This document shows, one piece after another, positions 27,832 to 32,000 of a stretch of DNA of 32,000 bases. Within the stretch, counting starts at the first letter, position 1; each line of letters starts with the position of its first letter. The stretch covers positions 540,001 through 572,000 of the forward strand of contig CAWJMG010000003.1 in assembly GCA_963843975.1 (NCBI GenBank), in the 5' to 3' direction. The notes beneath the pieces were generated by a model. It did no database searches. It had not been told where the DNA came from and saw only the letters and a program-made list of their open reading frames with translations. A program made the translations under genes and the position numbers. The DNA comes from an uncultured Actinomycetes bacterium. GTDB lineage: Bacteria > Actinomycetota > Actinomycetes > S36-B12 > CAIYMF01.

Positions 27832-27838
27832 GCGGGCG

Positions 27839-28144
27839 GTGAAGCGCCTGTTCTGGCTGGGCGTCGGCGCCGCGGCCGGCTACTACGCCGCCCGCCGCGG
27901 CGAGGAGGTCCTCGAGCGTGCGCGCGAGCGCGGCGTCGTCGGCAACGTCACCCTCGCTGCGAGCACCGCCACCAAGGTGGCCGCGACCGCCTCCCGCACC
28001 GCGGTGACGCTGGGGGAGAAGGCCCGGTCGCTCAGCGCCGAGGCCCCACCGGCCGATGCTCCCCCTCCCTCTCGAGCAGCCGCGCCCCCCGTCCGTCCCG
28101 CTCCCAGCCCCACCAGCAGCCCCAGCCGAGAGGTCCGACCCTGA
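27839..28144 (+). CDS. Small hypothetical membrane protein with an Ala/Pro-rich tail, 101 aa
   Basis: GTG start. N-terminal TM-like [18 protein letters not shown]. High third-position GC in most of the frame. Stop overlaps the alaS ATG (ATGA), implying co-translation. No function is recognisable. Confidence 0.5.
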   Translation: MKRLFWLGVGAAAGYYAARRGEEVLERARERGVVGNVTLAASTATKVAATASRTAVTLGEKARSLSAEAPPADAPPPSRAAAPPVRPAPSPTSSPSREVRP

Positions 28145-30819
28145 TGGACTCCGCCGAGATCCGTAGCCGCTTCCTGCGGTTCTTCGCCGACCGCGGGCAC
28201 ACGCCCGTGCCGTCGGCGTCGCTCCTCCTCGACGACCCGACGCTGCTGTTCGTGAACGCCGGCATGGTGCCGTTCAAGCCGTACTTCCTCGGCGAGGCGC
28301 CCGCGCCGTACGACCGAGCCACCTCGGTGCAGAAGTGCGTGCGCACGCTCGACATCGACGAGGTCGGCAAGACCACGCGGCACGCGTCGTTCTTCCAGAT
28401 GGCCGGCAACTTCAGCTTCGGCGACTACTTCAAGGAAGGCGCCATCCCGTTCGCGTGGGAGCTGCTCACCTCCTCGCAGGCCGACGGCGGCTACGGCTTC
28501 CCCGAGGACAAGCTCTGGGCGACCGTCTACGACGACGACGACGAGGCGCTCGACATCTGGCACCGCGTCGTCGGCGTACCGCTCGAGCGCATCCAGCGCC
28601 GCGACGCCAAGGACAACTACTGGTCGATGGGCGTCCCCGGCCCCGGCGGCCCGTGCTCGGAGATCTACTACGACCGCGGCCCCGAGCACGGCATCGAGGG
28701 CGGTCCCGTCGCGGACGAGGACCGCTACCTCGAGGTCTGGAACCTCGTGTTCATGCAGGACGAGCTCTCCGCGGTCCGCAGCAAGATGGACTTCGACATC
28801 CGCCAGCCGCTGCCGGCGAAGAATATCGACACCGGCATGGGACTGGAGCGCATGGCAGCGCTGCTGCAGGGCGTCGAGAACATCTACGAGATCGACACCA
28901 CGCGCGTGATCCTCGACCGTGCCGCGGCGCTGTCGGGTGCGCGGTACGGCGCCGACCACGAGGACGACGTCCGGCTGCGCGTCGTGGCCGACCACGCCCG
29001 CACCGTCGCCTTCCTCATGCAGGACGGCGTCCTCCCGGGCAACGAGGGCCGCGGCTACGTCCTGCGCCGCATCCTGCGCCGCGTCGTGCGCAACATGCGC
29101 CTGCTCGGCTCCAACGACCCGGTCATGGGCGAGCTCATCAGCGCGTCGGTGGACGCCATGGGCCCGCAGTACCCCGAGCTCGTCGAAGACCTCGGCCGCC
29201 TCGTCTCGATCGCCGAGAACGAGGAGGCGGTGTTCGCCGAGACGCTCCGCACCGGAACCACCCTGTTCGACACCGCGGTCTCCGACCTGCAGAAGCAGGG
29301 CGGCACGGTCCTCGGCGGCGACGCCGCGTTCGCGCTGCACGACACCTTCGGCTTCCCGATCGACCTCACGCTCGAGATGGCGGCCGAGAAGGGCATCGAG
29401 GTCGACCAGGACGGCTTCCGACGCCTCATGGGGGAGCAGCGCGACCGCGCGAAGGCCGACGCCAAGGCGCGCAAGGCCGGCCTCACGCCGCTGACGGTCT
29501 ACAAGGACGTCATGGACGCCGCGGGGCTCACGTCCTTCACCGGCTACGACGAGGTCGTGTCCGAGAGCACGCTGCGCGGCATCCTCCTCGACGGCGAGAA
29601 CGTCCAGAGCGCCCGCGAAGGCCAGCAGGTCGAGGTCGTCCTCGACCGGAGCCCGTTCTACGCCGAGGGCGGCGGCCAGCTCGCCGACGCGGGGCTCATC
29701 ACGCTCGCGGACGGCGCGGTCCTGGAGATCGCCGACGTCCAGCAGCCCGTACCCGGCCTCTACGTCCACCGCGGCCGCGTCGTGTCCGGCGAAGCCGTCG
29801 TCGGTCAGGCTGCCGTCGGCCGGGTCGACCTCGAGCGTCGTCGGGCCATCTCGCGCGCCCACACCGCGACCCACCTCGTGCACAAGGCGTTCCGTGAGGC
29901 GCTGGGTGAGACCGCGACCCAGATGGGGTCGGAGAACTCGCCCGGCCGCTTCCGCTTCGACTTCCCGCTCTCGGGCGCGGTCCCGGCGTCGGTCATGGCC
30001 GACGTCGAGGCGCGGGTCAACGACGTCCTGGCCGAGGACCTCGCCGTCACGGCCGAGATCATGAGCCAGGAGCAGGCGCGCGCCGCCGGTGCGATGGCGC
30101 TGTTCGGCGAGAAGTACGGCGACAAGGTCCGCGTCGTGTCCGTCGGCGACTGGGCGCGCGAGCTCTGTGGCGGCACGCACGCCCAGCGCTCGGGCCAGGT
30201 CGGCCTCGTGAAGTTCCTGTCGGAGGGCTCGATCGGCACGGGTGTACGCCGCGTCGAGGCGCTCGTCGGCGTCGACGCCTACCGGTTCCTCGCGCGGGAG
30301 CACCTGCTCGTGTCGCAGCTCGCCGAGATCGTGAAGGCGCGCCCGGAGGAGCTGCCCGAGCGCGTCGACGGCCTGCTGACCCGGCTGAAGGACGCCGAGC
30401 GGGAGATCGCCAAGGTGCGCTCGGCCTCCCTGGTGGCCAATCTCGAGGGCATCCTCGGCGTCGCCCAGGAGGTCGGCGAGGTCCGGCTCTGGACCTTCGC
30501 CGCGCCCGAGGGCACCGACGCCGGTGGCCTGCGCGAGCTCGTCACCAAGGGCCGCGACGCCGCGCGGCGCGAGCTCCCGTCCGTCGTGGTCGGCGCAGCC
30601 GTCTCCGACGGCAAGGTGAGCATCGTCGTGGCGACCAACGAGGCGGGCCGCACCGCGGGCGCCTCGGCCAACTCCGTGCTGCAGGCCGCGCTCGGTGCGG
30701 TCGGCGGCCGCGGCGGCGGCAAGGACGACATGGCCCAGGGCGGCGGCACCGACGTCACGGCCGTGGACGCGGCGTTCGAGGCTGCGGCGGGGGCCGTCCG
30801 GGCCGCCGTCGGGGCGTGA
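28144..30819 (+). CDS. alaS: Alanine--tRNA ligase, 891 aa
   Basis: [46 protein letters not shown]...[19 protein letters not shown]...EIYYDRG...[10 protein letters not shown]. Editing-domain HTATHLVH ... CGGTH motif. C-terminal DHHA1-like region. Confidence 0.96.
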   Translation: MDSAEIRSRFLRFFADRGHTPVPSASLLLDDPTLLFVNAGMVPFKPYFLGEAPAPYDRATSVQKCVRTLDIDEVGKTTRHASFFQMAGNFSFGDYFKEGAIPFAWELLTSSQADGGYGFPEDKLWATVYDDDDEALDIWHRVVGVPLERIQRRDAKDNYWSMGVPGPGGPCSEIYYDRGPEHGIEGGPVADEDRYLEVWNLVFMQDELSAVRSKMDFDIRQPLPAKNIDTGMGLERMAALLQGVENIYEIDTTRVILDRAAALSGARYGADHEDDVRLRVVADHARTVAFLMQDGVLPGNEGRGYVLRRILRRVVRNMRLLGSNDPVMGELISASVDAMGPQYPELVEDLGRLVSIAENEEAVFAETLRTGTTLFDTAVSDLQKQGGTVLGGDAAFALHDTFGFPIDLTLEMAAEKGIEVDQDGFRRLMGEQRDRAKADAKARKAGLTPLTVYKDVMDAAGLTSFTGYDEVVSESTLRGILLDGENVQSAREGQQVEVVLDRSPFYAEGGGQLADAGLITLADGAVLEIADVQQPVPGLYVHRGRVVSGEAVVGQAAVGRVDLERRRAISRAHTATHLVHKAFREALGETATQMGSENSPGRFRFDFPLSGAVPASVMADVEARVNDVLAEDLAVTAEIMSQEQARAAGAMALFGEKYGDKVRVVSVGDWARELCGGTHAQRSGQVGLVKFLSEGSIGTGVRRVEALVGVDAYRFLAREHLLVSQLAEIVKARPEELPERVDGLLTRLKDAEREIAKVRSASLVANLEGILGVAQEVGEVRLWTFAAPEGTDAGGLRELVTKGRDAARRELPSVVVGAAVSDGKVSIVVATNEAGRTAGASANSVLQAALGAVGGRGGGKDDMAQGGGTDVTAVDAAFEAAAGAVRAAVGA

Positions 30820-31337
30820 CGTCGCCCACAGACGCCGGATTCCGTCGTGGGATCCGGATCGGCGTCGACGTCGGATCCGTCCGAGTCGGCGTGTCCCGCA
30901 CCGACCCTGACGGCCTCATGGCCGTGCCCGTGGCGACCCTCGCGCGCCCGAAGGCCGTCGCGGCGCCGCGGACCGACCTCGACGGCGTCGCCGACCTGGT
31001 CACGGAGTACGAGCCCCTCGAGGTCGTCGTGGGCCTCCCGCTCACGCTCGAGGGCACCGAGGGGCCCGCCACCGAGGCAGTCCGGGCCTGGGTGGCCGAC
31101 CTGCACCGCGTGCTCGCCCGTCGTGGGGCGTCGGTTCCGGTGCGCCTCGTCGACGAGCGGCTGACCACCGCCGCCGTCACCAAGGGTCTGCGGTCGGCCG
31201 GCCGCGACTCGCGCAGCAGCCGTGCCGTGGTCGACCAGGCCGCGGCTGTCATGATCGTCCAGCACGCGCTCGACGCCGAGCGCGCCACAGGTGCCCCGCC
31301 GGGCACCCTCGCGGAGCCCCCGGAGGACCTCGCATGA
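30816..31337 (+). CDS. ruvX: Holliday junction resolvase-like putative pre-16S rRNA nuclease RuvX (YqgF), 173 aa
   Basis: GTGA overlap with ala[29 protein letters not shown]...[22 protein letters not shown]...[13 protein letters not shown]...[16 protein letters not shown]. Confidence 0.85.
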   Translation: MTSPTDAGFRRGIRIGVDVGSVRVGVSRTDPDGLMAVPVATLARPKAVAAPRTDLDGVADLVTEYEPLEVVVGLPLTLEGTEGPATEAVRAWVADLHRVLARRGASVPVRLVDERLTTAAVTKGLRSAGRDSRSSRAVVDQAAAVMIVQHALDAERATGAPPGTLAEPPEDLA

Positions 31338-32000
31338 GCCAGCTCGGACTCGGCATGGACTACGACGAGCCCGGCACCCGTCGTCGGCGAAGCTCGGGGC
31401 CGGTCGCGGTGATCCTCGCCGTCGTCCTGCTCGGTGTGGTCGCGCTCGGTGCCTTCCTCGGCATCCGGTCGCTCACCGGCAGCGGCAGCGGCGACTTCCA
31501 GGGCGACGGCACCGGCGACGTCACGATCGTCGTGGCCAAGGGCGACTCGCTCACCGAGATCGGCCGCACCCTGGCCGACGCCGGCGTCGTCGCGACGTCC
31601 GACGCCTTCGTGGGCGCGGCCTCTGCCGACTCGCGGGCCGAGAGCATCGCGCCCGGCGCGTACCAGCTGCGCTCGGGCATGAGCGGCGCCGCGGCGCTCG
31701 ACCTCATGCTCGACCCCGCCTCGCGCCTCGTCCAGAAGGTCGTCGTGCCCGAGGGTCTGCGCTTCGAGAAGACCGTCGCCAAGATCGAGAAGGGCACCGA
31801 CCTCACCGCCGACCAGGTCAAGGACTCGCTCTCGCGGGCCGGCTCGCTGGGCCTGCCGTCGTACGCCGAGGGCAACGTCGAGGGCTTCCTGTTCCCTGCG
31901 ACGTACGAGTTCCAGCCCGGCGTCGAGGCCGACGCCGTCGTCAAGGCGATGCTCACCCGCTTCCGCCAGGCGGCCAAGGAGGTCGACCTCGCGACCGAGG
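31334..32000 (+). CDS. mltG: Endolytic murein transglycosylase MltG (YceG family), N-terminal part; continues beyond the window
   Basis: ATGA overlap with ruvX. This ORF is absent from the ORF track because it has no stop in the window. My translation: [41 protein letters not shown] (TM)...DVTIVVAKGDSLTEIGRTLADAGVV (LysM-like)...VVPEGLRFEKTVAKI...EGFLFPATYEF (YceG motif). Confidence 0.85.
   Translation, partial: MSQLGLGMDYDEPGTRRRRSSGPVAVILAVVLLGVVALGAFLGIRSLTGSGSGDFQGDGTGDVTIVVAKGDSLTEIGRTLADAGVVATSDAFVGAASADSRAESIAPGAYQLRSGMSGAAALDLMLDPASRLVQKVVVPEGLRFEKTVAKIEKGTDLTADQVKDSLSRAGSLGLPSYAEGNVEGFLFPATYEFQPGVEADAVVKAMLTRFRQAAKEVDLATE

Noticed and set aside
27883-30303. 806-aa minus-strand ORF opposite alaS
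   Set aside because: Same reasoning: alaS is unambiguous on the plus strand, and the antisense translation has no motif content.
1-32000. Search for mobile elements, prophage remnants, defence islands, toxin-antitoxin pairs or biosynthetic clusters
   Set aside because: No integrase, transposase or recombinase ORFs, no terminal inverted or direct repeats flanking a block, no visible compositional break and no tRNA attachment site. Gene content and order match a conserved actinobacterial housekeeping block.

Overview
The window is very GC-rich by eye (not computed) and almost entirely coding. It looks like a conserved core-chromosome segment of a high-GC actinobacterium; a Micrococcales or Cellulomonas-like source is my inference only. 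Gene order follows the mycobacterial Rv2612c to Rv2553c synteny block: pgsA (partial), PIM acyltransferase, pimA, a LemA-like membrane protein, a DUF3048 lipoprotein, pdxS, pdxT, yebC, a LexA box, ruvC, ruvA, ruvB, yajC, secD, secF, apt, a VKOR homolog and relA. On the minus strand follow a DUF349 protein and a cyclophilin PPIase. Then come an MBL hydrolase, hisS, aspS, an atypical FtsH-like AAA+/M41 protein, a minus-strand GNAT, rarA, a small membrane protein, alaS, ruvX and mltG (partial). Many neighbours are translationally coupled by 4-nt ATGA/GTGA overlaps. I found no tRNA or rRNA genes, CRISPR arrays, transposases, integrases or recognisable defence or toxin modules, so I cannot honestly claim a clear novel system. 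The observations most worth a second look are: (1) a 1-nt frame disruption inside the last transmembrane helix of secD that creates a 972-codon SecD-SecF read-through ORF; (2) a 793-aa FtsH paralog with four N-terminal TM helices, no periplasmic domain and two insertions in the AAA module; (3) a perfect GAAC-N4-GTTC SOS box abutting a predicted promoter upstream of ruvCAB; (4) a 27-bp in-frame tandem repeat in the DUF349 gene; (5) a LemA-like/DUF3048 pair appended to the PIM-biosynthesis operon. The many long ORFs antisense to these genes are GC-driven artefacts.
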